The notes under the pieces were generated by a model, which saw only the letters and a program-made list of their open reading frames with translations, was not told where the DNA came from and ran no database searches. A stretch of DNA of 64,000 nt from a virus, in IMG/VR virus record IMGVR_UViG_3300043571_000443, positions 1 through 64,000 of that record, one strand, 5' to 3'. Below, piece after piece: positions 49,043 to 58,071 of the stretch; the stretch's first letter is position 1, and the number at the start of each line of letters is the position of its first letter. Made by a program: the position numbers and the translations under genes.

Positions 49043-50936
49043 CTTCCTCCGGCCACTGGCTAACATAGTCTACATTTTTTTCATCCCGATCTAACCTGCC
49101 CAATACTCTACCATTCGGGTTCTCTCTAACCCATTTTTCCTCATCATCATTAACTTTCTGTCTAGTTAACTCCCTCCTCCTCTCTCTGGCCTCAGCTGCG
49201 TCTTCATTTCTAACGGTGACGACCTGCTTGGTGTCAAACGCGATCCCATAGCCAAAGTCCTGCAAATAGACAGAATCGTAACCTTTGGCTCTCAAGAATT
49301 GGTTAAGGGCCACGCTATCAATAAGGTTGCTTTGATCCCCTGGAAAGTTCTTGCCTATGTTTGCCAGGTCTTTGGAATTAGTAATGTAAGGCTTTTTGGC
49401 CCTAATGTGAGATGTCAGAATACCTACATCTAGCTCAGTAGTAACTGCTCCGGCATATTGCTCGCCTATTCTTCTGTCAATTCCAAAGTAAACTCCCTGG
49501 CCGAAAATGCCTCGACTATTGCGCTCTGGCATTGCGCCTTCATTAGCAATACTATCAGTCACATCCTTGCGGTTGGCGTGATACCAAGCCATCTGGCCAA
49601 AATAACTATCTTTGAGATAGTCAGATGCTTCCTCGTCACTCATTCGGGCCTTCCAGCTCCGGTTGGCTTTGTCGTCAGCCATAGGAGCATTTATGGCTCT
49701 GTCGACACGGACAACTTGATCGCTCCAATCTGCCTGTTCTTTTCGATTGGCTTCGACCTTTGTAATTTGTGTTTTAGTCAGCTTTGCATCAGCAATTGCT
49801 TTCTTGCTCGGCACATAGCCAGCCTCAATGGCGTTAGCTATCTCTATCTTGTACGCATTGACTGATAACCCCGACTCTTTTCGATCCTTATTCCATGTAG
49901 CATCAGGACTAGACTGATCGGCAAGTAGCTGTTTCCGCAGAATGTGTGCTCTAAAATCTTTGGCGCTTAAATCTGGGATAGCATCAGGGTTCCAATCGAC
50001 TGCCTTAAGAACGGGCTCAGCCTTCGCAATCGCCTGCCCTGGCACCCAGCTAGGCTTAGCCGGGCTGACGCCTGCCTTCTTCTCCCAGTAGGTGGGCCCA
50101 TTGTCTGGCTGCAGGCCCTGGCGCTCCAGGTCGTCTAAGCCTTGCTTGCTGTAGTCTTCGTAAAATGCCGTGTCAATGTCGCTCAGCGACGCCGTTGGCA
50201 GGTAGGTGCAACGACAGCGGGGATGGGCCGGGATCGCTGGCGCTTCGCTGGTCTTCCAGGCTTTGGTGTTGCGGGCATAGCATAGGCTACAGGTGCCCTC
50301 AGCCGGGGTAGCAATCCATTGCACATAAGCGACGCCTGCCTGCTCGTAGCGACTCTTTGCCGCCCCATTGTAGGCGCTCATGGTTTCTGTCCTGGCAATG
50401 GTTTCCGCATTGCTCTTGAAGCTTACCCCCAGCGTCTTTAGCTGGCCTTCGATCTTGCGGGTGCCCCAGCCTTGGATTAAACCTTGCTCTACTACAGCGC
50501 TGATCTGGCTAGCTTGCTGGTTGGAATAGTTGACCAGGCGCTCTCTGAACCGCTCCGCTTGATTACGGACTGCGCCAATCGGGATGGTGGTAAATGGGGC
50601 CTGGAGGCCGATATAGTTCAAGCTATCGCCTGCCATCTGCTGGCCCAGGTCAACCGCCTGCTGGATTACGTCATAGCCTAGCTGCTCAATGGCTTGCTCA
50701 TTGCCAGGGTTAAGGAACTTCAACGCCTCGCCCATCTCCGCTGCAATCGCACCTTGGCGCACCAGGGTAGAAATGCTACCAGCCTGCTGCAGCCGTGGCA
50801 TGGCATCCCGCAGCTTAGCCACCATCGCTCGGTAGCTAACGTCATAGGCCGCTGCAATGCGCTTCAGCACATCCTGACTGGCCTTGTCTAGTTCGGCGTC
50901 GTAGCGGTCGGCAATGTTGACTAGCTGGCGGCTCAC
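49023..50936 (-). CDS. MuF/SPP1 gp7-like head morphogenesis protein with a C-terminal ART-like extension
   Basis: AETIARTE, C..C, PAHPRCRC; extension WYH..GIFGQGVYF..YA..KPY..GYDSV. Confidence 0.8.
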   Translation of the reverse strand: MSRQLVNIADRYDAELDKASQDVLKRIAAAYDVSYRAMVAKLRDAMPRLQQAGSISTLVRQGAIAAEMGEALKFLNPGNEQAIEQLGYDVIQQAVDLGQQMAGDSLNYIGLQAPFTTIPIGAVRNQAERFRERLVNYSNQQASQISAVVEQGLIQGWGTRKIEGQLKTLGVSFKSNAETIARTETMSAYNGAAKSRYEQAGVAYVQWIATPAEGTCSLCYARNTKAWKTSEAPAIPAHPRCRCTYLPTASLSDIDTAFYEDYSKQGLDDLERQGLQPDNGPTYWEKKAGVSPAKPSWVPGQAIAKAEPVLKAVDWNPDAIPDLSAKDFRAHILRKQLLADQSSPDATWNKDRKESGLSVNAYKIEIANAIEAGYVPSKKAIADAKLTKTQITKVEANRKEQADWSDQVVRVDRAINAPMADDKANRSWKARMSDEEASDYLKDSYFGQMAWYHANRKDVTDSIANEGAMPERNSRGIFGQGVYFGIDRRIGEQYAGAVTTELDVGILTSHIRAKKPYITNSKDLANIGKNFPGDQSNLIDSVALNQFLRAKGYDSVYLQDFGYGIAFDTKQVVTVRNEDAAEARERRRELTRQKVNDDEEKWVRENPNGRVLGRLDRDEKNVDYVSQWPEEDDYEFL

Positions 50937-51427
50937 ACCACATCACCCCACTGCACCCGATAGCTAAATACCCCTGATAGCTTTTTGCCTAGCAGTTGAT
51001 CAGGGAGCTGGTACTGGCTAGCCAGGGTAGCGCCTAGCGTAAACTGGCCTTCGTGGTCGAGGTGGCGGCGGTTGCGCTCAACAAAGGCATTGAAGCTGGC
51101 TAAGCTTCCCCAAGTACGCAATAGGCCAGTGCTGGGGTTAATCAGCGTGAAATCCTGTGACAGTCGCCATAGGTAGGCGGGCATCGTCACCCCTGGCCGG
51201 ATCGTCGAGGCTGGCCGCTGGGGTGCCAGGAAGTAACCCTCTAGCGGGATCTCAGTCAGGGTACTGCCCGCCTCCTGCAGTAGCCGATCATTGCCGACCT
51301 TGATCCACGCTACGCCGACCTGGGTAGTCACCAACGACTCCGGCAGCCCGCTGGCGTTGGTGGTAGCCGTAGCTGGCACCGTCATTACCAAAGTAAGGCT
51401 AGCGTACTGGTCAAGGGGCGTCGGCAT
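50933..51427 (-). CDS. hypothetical virion protein
   Basis: Operon coupling. Confidence 0.55.
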   Translation of the reverse strand: MPTPLDQYASLTLVMTVPATATTNASGLPESLVTTQVGVAWIKVGNDRLLQEAGSTLTEIPLEGYFLAPQRPASTIRPGVTMPAYLWRLSQDFTLINPSTGLLRTWGSLASFNAFVERNRRHLDHEGQFTLGATLASQYQLPDQLLGKKLSGVFSYRVQWGDVV

Positions 51428-51767
51428 CCCAGGCCTCCACCACCGCTGGATCGGTGCTATAGGGCCTTGCCAGCACCCTAGGGCATTGCTCCCAGATAGC
51501 AGCTAGGGACGGGTAGCCACCCTCTGGCCGGGCCTCCAGGATCAGCTTGGCCGCACCCTTGCCGATGGTGGGCAGGACGCTGATCTCATCAGCCGTAGCT
51601 GCTGCATTGATCAGGGCCAAAGCTTGGGGCATGGCAGCTGGGCTAGGCGCTGGCAATGGGGCCGGGCTTGACGGCGGCTCAGTAGTCATGCCATGGAGTC
51701 GGATCCAAGCAGGCGCGTCAATGTCTGGAATGGTGATGGACTGGCCATCAGGGTAATAAAGCAACAT
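51411..51767 (-). CDS. helix-hairpin-helix (ComEA-like) protein
   Basis: INAA.ADEISVLPTIGKGAAKLILEAR..GY.S. Confidence 0.7.
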   Translation of the reverse strand: MLLYYPDGQSITIPDIDAPAWIRLHGMTTEPPSSPAPLPAPSPAAMPQALALINAAATADEISVLPTIGKGAAKLILEARPEGGYPSLAAIWEQCPRVLARPYSTDPAVVEAWDADAP

Positions 51768-51770
51768 AGT

Positions 51771-51953
51771 TTAGTGCCACAACTGCATCAGGCCACGGAC
51801 AGCGACCACGACCCAGCCAGCGCTGATCACCGAGGCCCATGCGGTGGATACCCAGGAGCGATGGCGGCGACGGATAGCGACCCGGGTGGCCCCGGCAAAC
51901 AGGAGGCAGGCTGTCATCGCAGCCAGGCCCAGGACAATGTAGACAATAGCCAT
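51771..51953 (-). CDS. small 2-TM membrane protein (holin candidate)
   Basis: Two hydrophobic segments; GGGCACCCTA motif at 51976. Confidence 0.45.
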   Translation of the reverse strand: MAIVYIVLGLAAMTACLLFAGATRVAIRRRHRSWVSTAWASVISAGWVVVAVRGLMQLWH

Positions 51954-52036
51954 AGCAGATCCCCATCGTTTTGCTTAGGGTGCCCAGGCAATAAAAAACC
52001 CCGGGCTGGCCGGGGTGGAAGTAGCGTGGAGTCAGG

Positions 52037-52282
52037 CTACTCTGGCTTATAAAAACATTTGCCAACGGCGCCCCATACCGAGTGAGTGGTGATGTTTTTA
52101 TGCGGAATGATAACACGACTACCATCGAAGATGATGATCAAGTCATCCTTCCGATAGCTGCAACCATCACGATCACCATACAAAAATTGCTGAACTGTGC
52201 CGCCCATGTACTCAGGCGCAAACATGAATAACGCCTGATTTACCTCGGCCCCAAAAGACTGACACATAGTAGGCGTAGACAT
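52037..52282 (-). CDS. hypothetical protein (self-contained unit)
   Basis: Own promoter 52315-52343, CCACTTAC leader and terminator 51993-52015. Confidence 0.6.
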   Translation of the reverse strand: MSTPTMCQSFGAEVNQALFMFAPEYMGGTVQQFLYGDRDGCSYRKDDLIIIFDGSRVIIPHKNITTHSVWGAVGKCFYKPE

Positions 52283-52314
52283 AACTCAATCCTCGTAAGT
52301 GGTTCGATACCTTC

Positions 52315-52343
52315 ACTATACCCCCCCTGTATCGAACCGTCAA
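52315..52343 (-). promoter_or_regulatory. sigma70 promoter, repeated cassette
   Basis: TTGACG-N17-TATAGT; near-identical to 52941 and 54993. Confidence 0.7.
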
Positions 52344-52397
52344 CAGCCTGCAACAAAAAACCCCGGACTGGCCGGGGCAATGCAACAGCCTAGCAGA

Positions 52398-52856
52398 TCA
52401 GACCCTGGCCGCCCAGTGGCGCTCTAGCAGGTCGTCTGCCGTCCTGGCTAAGTTAATTCGGGCACCGTCGTTGATAGCCTCAGAGATAGCGCCAATGTGG
52501 TATGCCGCCATCTTCGAGTAGTATTTCAGCGCCCCAGTCAGGCAGGACATCCACAGCGGCAATTTCTCCCAGGTGGGGCGCTGACTATTGTAAAACTGGC
52601 TGAACCCGCTGATCGGCTCTTGCAACGCCTTGCGGCACTGGGCCAGGCTACTGCCTTGCTGGCTGGCCAGGACCACCAGGGCCTCCATGCAAGCCACATA
52701 CCGGCTAGCCATGGTATCAACAGGCTCACCGCTGACTAGGCCATCGTTCACCAGCTGGATAGCCCGTTGCAGGTCACCCAGGGCATCAGTACTAGCTGGC
52801 CGGATAGCCAGGATGGCTGGCTCTAGATCGGCGAGTCGGGCGAGAGTCTTAGTCAT
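52398..52856 (-). CDS. hypothetical protein
   Basis: 152-aa ORF followed by terminator 52355-52377. Confidence 0.55.
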   Translation of the reverse strand: MTKTLARLADLEPAILAIRPASTDALGDLQRAIQLVNDGLVSGEPVDTMASRYVACMEALVVLASQQGSSLAQCRKALQEPISGFSQFYNSQRPTWEKLPLWMSCLTGALKYYSKMAAYHIGAISEAINDGARINLARTADDLLERHWAARV

Positions 52857-52940
52857 GGGTGGATCCGGTAAACGTCCCCACTAGCCTAGCAGAAACCCGA
52901 ACAAAAGCCTATGGCCGGAAGGAAAAAGCCTAAAGCGGGG

Positions 52941-52969
52941 TTGACGGTTCGATATGCAGGGGGTATATT
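52941..52969 (+). promoter_or_regulatory. sigma70 promoter, repeated cassette
   Basis: TTGACG-N17-TATATT. Confidence 0.7.
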
Positions 52970-53004
52970 GAAGGTATCGAACCACTTACACCGAGGACCG
53001 ACCC

Positions 53005-53208
53005 ATGCCCAAGTTCATTTCCATCCAAGACGGCGCTTACCTGCTCAACCTGGCCCATATCGTCAGCATCGAGGTAAATAAAGGATCCCTGGAAGTTACC
53101 TGCAATGATGGCCAAGGGGCCTACACCATAGATGACCCTGACGAGATGGGGACACTGATGGACGCGATCCAAATCGTGGATTCAAGCGAAGAAGGGATGC
53201 AAATGTAA
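53005..53208 (+). CDS. hypothetical protein
   Basis: Promoter, CCACTTACACCGAGGA leader, terminator 53236-53259. Confidence 0.65.
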   Translation: MPKFISIQDGAYLLNLAHIVSIEVNKGSLEVTCNDGQGAYTIDDPDEMGTLMDAIQIVDSSEEGMQM

Positions 53209-53244
53209 CCCACCCTCCCCACCGCTTCCCCGCAGACCCCCGGC

Positions 53245-53919
53245 CTAGCTGGGGGTTTTGCTTTGGGCCACATAGCTGAGCAGGTCCATTAACCGGCTGC
53301 CCCGCACTGGCGCGATCTGGTCCTCCAGTGGCTGATACTGGCTGATCGCCCGCATCAGCCTGTCGCTGTGGTACAAACCGCTATCGATCTCCGTCTTGCT
53401 AAACCCCAGCGCCATTAGCCCCTCATAGGCAGCTAGAAGGCCCGTGAAGCGTTCCCGGCCTATCCACAGGGTATCTAGCTCGAACTGCACCGGGAAATGG
53501 TCTCTGCTATGGCCATCCTGGGCCCAGGGCAGCACATGTTTCTGGCCAGACTCAGCAATGACAATCGTAAACGGTGGCTCCGGTGGCTCCAGTAGCCAGC
53601 CACGGATCTGAGCTCGGGTGGGCAAGTCCGAGACTACCGGAAAGATGTCTTTGCCGATGGCCTTGGCCTCACCGATCGCAGGCGACAGCAGCACATCGCC
53701 CTGGTACAACCGGCTCAGGGACCGGCCCCATAGCTTACTCCACTTGTCCTTGCCCTGATTCCAGTACCACAGCAGCTTCTCATGGCCGTCGATGGCACCA
53801 TAGCACCGCCCGCATAGCTGGTCGGAGTCTGGGCAACGGGCCATGCTGTGGCCGGTGAAAGTGTCCTTGAGCGCCAAGGGGAAGCTGGCGGGCTTGCCGC
53901 ATAGGTAGCACTCAGCCAT
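53245..53919 (-). CDS. csf1: type IV Csf1 (Cas8-like)
   Basis: CYLCG, TFT, LCGRC, LLEPPEPPF....SGQKH..W. Confidence 0.8.
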   Translation of the reverse strand: MAECYLCGKPASFPLALKDTFTGHSMARCPDSDQLCGRCYGAIDGHEKLLWYWNQGKDKWSKLWGRSLSRLYQGDVLLSPAIGEAKAIGKDIFPVVSDLPTRAQIRGWLLEPPEPPFTIVIAESGQKHVLPWAQDGHSRDHFPVQFELDTLWIGRERFTGLLAAYEGLMALGFSKTEIDSGLYHSDRLMRAISQYQPLEDQIAPVRGSRLMDLLSYVAQSKTPS

Positions 53920-54655
53920 GGTCTGCAACCTCCGGAAAGTGTTTACAAAATTCAGCCCAAAATTCTGGATGGTAGCGCCGCAGGTCACTGAGTCGCCCCC
54001 AGTTTACGCCAGTAGTCCCGATGGGTGGCCCATTGCGCACCGTCAGCCGGTCCCGGTCGTACATGGCAGGGTAGGGCAGTCGGTGGGCGTCGATATAGCA
54101 CCAAATATCCTGGGTGCTCCAAAAGCCGACCGGCGAACATACCCACAGGCCATCCTTACGCTGGTATAGCTCGCCCTTGCCCTTCAGGTACATAGCGCGG
54201 CCCCGAGACTCTTTGCGTAGCCCCCAGGCATAGCCTCGCACGCCATGGGCCTCCTGGTAGTCATCCAGCGGGCCATACATTAGCGCTGCATTAATGCGCT
54301 TGTCCAGGCCGGTCGCCATGGTGCCATCCAAGGGAATGCCATAGTCCTGGTACAGCTTCAGTAGGCTGCGGGGTGGGCATAGCTCGATGATGTTCCAGCC
54401 CTGGCCCTGCAGGTGGTGCAATAGCTCGATGCAGTCCGGCCATTCTGCCAACGGCCCTTGGTTTACCCAGGCAAAAGGGCAGTCCGGCCATACCTGGCGG
54501 ATTAAGTGAGCCATTACCAAGCTATCCTTGCCGCCACTGACTGAGCCATAGGCGTAGCGATCTGTGGCCTCCAGCCAGCGGCCAATAACAGAAAGCGCCC
54601 GGTCAACCTTGCGGGTCAACCAGGGCGCTCGTGAGCCGGTGCCGGTGTTAAGCAA
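53912..54655 (-). CDS. cysH: CysH-like (PAPS reductase family) protein of type IV-B loci
   Basis: SVSGGKDSLV PP-loop, GLRKESRGR, P..FWS..DIW.YI...LPY..YD. Confidence 0.85.
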   Translation of the reverse strand: MLNTGTGSRAPWLTRKVDRALSVIGRWLEATDRYAYGSVSGGKDSLVMAHLIRQVWPDCPFAWVNQGPLAEWPDCIELLHHLQGQGWNIIELCPPRSLLKLYQDYGIPLDGTMATGLDKRINAALMYGPLDDYQEAHGVRGYAWGLRKESRGRAMYLKGKGELYQRKDGLWVCSPVGFWSTQDIWCYIDAHRLPYPAMYDRDRLTVRNGPPIGTTGVNWGRLSDLRRYHPEFWAEFCKHFPEVADHG

Positions 54656-54956
54656 GCTGCATCCGCTCGCTCATTGCATCCGCAAACCATTCGCGGATCT
54701 TGTCTTCGGCATTGTCATAAAAGCGAGTGTTGGAGTCGTCATCCCACTCTTCGTCGTTGAGGTGGGGGACGGTAAGAATGAGTCCGGGGCTATCGTACAG
54801 GTTCCCAACAGAACCCTTGTCCAGGGATCGGTAGGTGCCATCCTCAAACAGCTCAACAACGTAAGCACCGCCGCCCCAGGATGCCTTTGTGGAAGAATCA
54901 ACGGTGGCCTCGAAGTCGATGGCCATGAAGTTATCGAAAGCCTTTTGAATAGTCAT
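54648..54956 (-). CDS. acidic hypothetical protein inside the type IV operon
   Basis: Own promoter (54993-55021) and CCACTTATGAGGA leader. Confidence 0.65.
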   Translation of the reverse strand: MTIQKAFDNFMAIDFEATVDSSTKASWGGGAYVVELFEDGTYRSLDKGSVGNLYDSPGLILTVPHLNDEEWDDDSNTRFYDNAEDKIREWFADAMSERMQLA

Positions 54957-54992
54957 CAGTCAGTCCTCATAAGTGGTTTGTTCCATGCCTTC

Positions 54993-55021
54993 AATATACC
55001 CCCTGCATATCGAACTGTCAA
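54993..55021 (-). promoter_or_regulatory. sigma70 promoter, repeated cassette
   Basis: TTGACA-N17-TATATT; the -35 overlaps the cas6 stop. Confidence 0.7.
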
Positions 55022-55626
55022 CACTTTTCGACAAAATAGCCACAGCCTAGGCGCTGTCTACCTCCTAGCCCTTGCCGCTGGAGAGTCAGCGACGCATCCG
55101 GCGATAGGTCGGCAAAGCTTACCCCGTAGCCCACCACGGCAGCATCCTTGATCCGCAGGGTTTTGCGCTCCCCCAGTACCGGCATAGACTGTACCCCCAA
55201 CCGTTCCAGCGCCTTGCCTAGGGCTATCCCGAACTCAAAAGGTGACACCTGGTCCTGGTACTGGGCTTTGATGGTCACCAGCCTTGCCTCCAGGCTAGGA
55301 CATGGCTGCAGGGATGCACCCGTGAAGGTGCCTAGCTGCACCAGCGCCTTACCCACCCGCAATACTTGCCCGTCCAGGCTACCGAATAGCTCCAGGTTGG
55401 CCAGCTCAGTCCGCACCCCTAGCCAGCTTTCGCTACCCAGTTGCACCCAGCCCTGGCGGTCCGGGATACCGTTGATCGTCTTCAGCGACCAGGCCAGCTC
55501 CTTTAGCCCCGGCAGGCGTTCCACCAGAGCGCTATAAAGCCGGTAGCCATGGTCGGCGGGTATCCTATCGCCCTGCACCGGCCAAGCTAGCTGTATCCAG
55601 GTAGGCGGTGTGGACGGGCATGGCAC
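55018..55626 (-). CDS. cas6: Cas6 (Myxan-type) crRNA endonuclease
   Basis: GDRIPADHGYRLYSAL, LEARLVTIK, VVGYGV, LQRQGLGGRQRLGCGYF; GTG start uncertain. Confidence 0.88.
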   Translation of the reverse strand: MPCPSTPPTWIQLAWPVQGDRIPADHGYRLYSALVERLPGLKELAWSLKTINGIPDRQGWVQLGSESWLGVRTELANLELFGSLDGQVLRVGKALVQLGTFTGASLQPCPSLEARLVTIKAQYQDQVSPFEFGIALGKALERLGVQSMPVLGERKTLRIKDAAVVGYGVSFADLSPDASLTLQRQGLGGRQRLGCGYFVEKC

Positions 55627-56293
55627 AGCGGGCTTTGTTGGCTGATAGCCAGGCGGGGGGTCGCCAGCCCCAGTCGCGGATGGCAATATCAATCGGTCGG
55701 TCCCGGGGCAGGTGGACGGCGGGGATGGGTCGCATAAGTTCACCGTTTGGCCCCCATAGGTGCCAGTCTTGGTCATGGTCCTCTACCTCCCAGTTGGTAA
55801 CTTGCCCGTAGCCATGGGCGCGTTTCTTGCCTAGCCCAGTACAGCCTTGCAATAATGCCGCGATGCCTTCCCGGTCGCCCTGGCAGTACCAGGTGATTGT
55901 CGGTGCCAGCCGCACAAACAAGGGCAGGTCGTAGGCTTTCTCCGCCCCCTGACTGGTATCCCACTTTGCCTTGCGCTTCCCCCAGGCCGGTGGTGGGCTA
56001 TCGATCCCAGGTGCCCAGCGCTTCCTAAATTTGCTAACCGACTCATTGCGGTAGGTGTAGCACGGACTAGAGGTTTGCCAGTACCAATCCTCGCCCAGCC
56101 AACCCTTAGCCAGTGGCATGTGTTCATCCACTACCGGGCGGCTAGCTTCTACGTCCTGGGCGCTAGGGTTGGGGGCCGCCATGCCCCGGGCATCGAGGAT
56201 CAACCACTCCAGCAGGCTAGCCAGATCAGGACTCCAGTCATCAAAGACGGCAATGCCCGACGATAGCCGGGCGGTGACTCGCAGGTTAGCCAT
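55565..56293 (-). CDS. csf3: type IV Csf3 (Cas5-like)
   Basis: LRVTARL, WYCQGDREGI..LL...LGKKRAHGYGQV..W, RPIP, RPPAW. Confidence 0.85.
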   Translation of the reverse strand: MANLRVTARLSSGIAVFDDWSPDLASLLEWLILDARGMAAPNPSAQDVEASRPVVDEHMPLAKGWLGEDWYWQTSSPCYTYRNESVSKFRKRWAPGIDSPPPAWGKRKAKWDTSQGAEKAYDLPLFVRLAPTITWYCQGDREGIAALLQGCTGLGKKRAHGYGQVTNWEVEDHDQDWHLWGPNGELMRPIPAVHLPRDRPIDIAIRDWGWRPPAWLSANKARCAMPVHTAYLDTASLAGAGR

Positions 56294-57449
56294 TGAGCAA
56301 ACCCTTCAGCTCGCTGGACTCCTGGGCCTGGGCTAGAAATTCCTGGTAGACGCTCAGGTAGTCCTGATAGGCATGGTGGGCCTCCTGAGCGGCGCTGGAT
56401 AGCGTCTGGCTGCCAGTAGCTAGCGATAGGAAATGGCCGCGCTCCTGGCCACGCTGATACCAAAATTCTAGCGACACCAACCCATTGCCGCGGTTAGCCT
56501 TGCCGCCGATATAGGGACTTTCGGCAAAGCGCAGTAGGGTATCGACTACCCAGCCAGTCTCGATGGCGGTGGTGTGCAGATCCCAGCGGCTATAGAGCCT
56601 GGAACCCGCCATGATCAGCCGGTCGCTGGCGATCATCTGGTCAGACTTTTTGGCCTTATCCTCACCCTTAGCCTTTGACTTGGCCTCACCCAATAGGCTC
56701 ATCTGGCCTTCCTCCGTACCGCCTGGGAGGAACTTTTGCAACGCTGGATCGTGGGTACTATCGCGGCGGGTGGTTTGGTCTACCGTCAGGTACTGGGTCC
56801 AGTTGCGCAGCATCTTGCGCAGGTAGGGCAGGTGGTCTGCCTTGGCCTGGCGGTAGACTTCAACCTGCTCAGCCGTAGGTGGCTCAAACGGATTAGCTGT
56901 TAGCCTGTCTTTGTACTCCAGTAGTTCCTGCAGCCTGGGCAGTACATCTGGCGGCAATAGGCCGGGAAATTCCCGGTAGATCAGCTCCGCCGACTCGTAG
57001 CACAGCAGATACGCACTACCCACCGCCAGTCGGCCATGGACCATCTGGGCATTCTTCACCCCAAATACCCCGGCAGGCTTGGCCGTACCCAGCACCGACA
57101 GCCAGGGCATCAACTGCCGGATGCGGGTGTCCAGGTCCATATCGTTGGCGGTGCTGCCATCAATGCGGCCGCCAGCAAATAGGGTGTGGTGAACATCTGG
57201 CGATACCTGCAGGGCCAGCGCATCCAGCACACTAGCCATGCCACGGCGGCGTAGGATACCATTCCGCAGCGCATTGCCAGAATAGACAAAGCAGGAGACC
57301 GGGTTCCCCTCCAGGTCCAGCAGCTTGGCCGTCTTGAGGTTACTGACATTGCCTGCTACCTCGCCAATGTGGGACAGCGGGCTTTGCAGGGTCACCTGGC
57401 AGTGCAAGGTGATCCGCTGCCGATCATGGATATCGTAAGCTTCAAACAT
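56286..57449 (-). CDS. csf2: type IV Csf2 (Cas7-like)
   Basis: LQSPLSH, SGNALRNGILRR, LFAGG, P.LSVLG, TRRD, QMI, IGGKANRGNG. Confidence 0.88.
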   Translation of the reverse strand: MFEAYDIHDRQRITLHCQVTLQSPLSHIGEVAGNVSNLKTAKLLDLEGNPVSCFVYSGNALRNGILRRRGMASVLDALALQVSPDVHHTLFAGGRIDGSTANDMDLDTRIRQLMPWLSVLGTAKPAGVFGVKNAQMVHGRLAVGSAYLLCYESAELIYREFPGLLPPDVLPRLQELLEYKDRLTANPFEPPTAEQVEVYRQAKADHLPYLRKMLRNWTQYLTVDQTTRRDSTHDPALQKFLPGGTEEGQMSLLGEAKSKAKGEDKAKKSDQMIASDRLIMAGSRLYSRWDLHTTAIETGWVVDTLLRFAESPYIGGKANRGNGLVSLEFWYQRGQERGHFLSLATGSQTLSSAAQEAHHAYQDYLSVYQEFLAQAQESSELKGLLNG

Positions 57450-57957
57450 CGGTGGTTACCTCTACGTCGATAGCATCGTCTGGCGCATCCTGGCCTAGCG
57501 CCCGGTCTTCCTCAAAGCGCAGGCGGCACAGCACCTGAATGATAGCCGCCCGGGTCCGGCATAGCTCAAGCACATCCCACTCGGTAAAGCCGTCCTTGGC
57601 GATCTGCTGCAGCAAGTCCCGCCAGCCGACAAAGACTAGCGCCTCATCCTGGGTCAGCTCCTGGATCTCGCTCAGGTCAGCGTTTACCCGTAGGATGCGC
57701 TGCTCTGGCTGCACGATGCCGGTCAGTACCGCTGGCCGTAGGTGGCTGATCAAGGCATTGACCAGGCGTTGTAGGTAGTCCTCCAGCGTGGTGGATACCT
57801 CAGCGCTATTCTGGATAGTGGACTCCAGAAAAGTCCAGGTCTTGGTGCCCATGGCTGGACTTTTGGCCCGGTCGCGGCACTTGAACACCCAATAGCTAAG
57901 GGCTGCCGCTAGCCCATAGGCGCTATCGGAGGCATTGGAAAAACCGAATTGACTCAT
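57442..57957 (-). CDS. putative Cas11-like small subunit
   Basis: Helical 171-aa protein first in the csf operon, the usual IV-B position. Confidence 0.55.
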   Translation of the reverse strand: MSQFGFSNASDSAYGLAAALSYWVFKCRDRAKSPAMGTKTWTFLESTIQNSAEVSTTLEDYLQRLVNALISHLRPAVLTGIVQPEQRILRVNADLSEIQELTQDEALVFVGWRDLLQQIAKDGFTEWDVLELCRTRAAIIQVLCRLRFEEDRALGQDAPDDAIDVEVTTDV

Positions 57958-58071
57958 AATGCTTGACAAAACTGCCATTATAGTATCACAACCCTGGCCA
58001 GCCACGACAAAGCCCGCCAGGTGGCCAGCGGGCTGGGGTGGGGGAGTGGGGTGGAGGGGGAGTGTCCTCTT

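Noticed and set aside
53912-54655. cysH as a sulfur-metabolism auxiliary gene
   Set aside because: It is embedded in the csf operon, which is the type IV-B signature context
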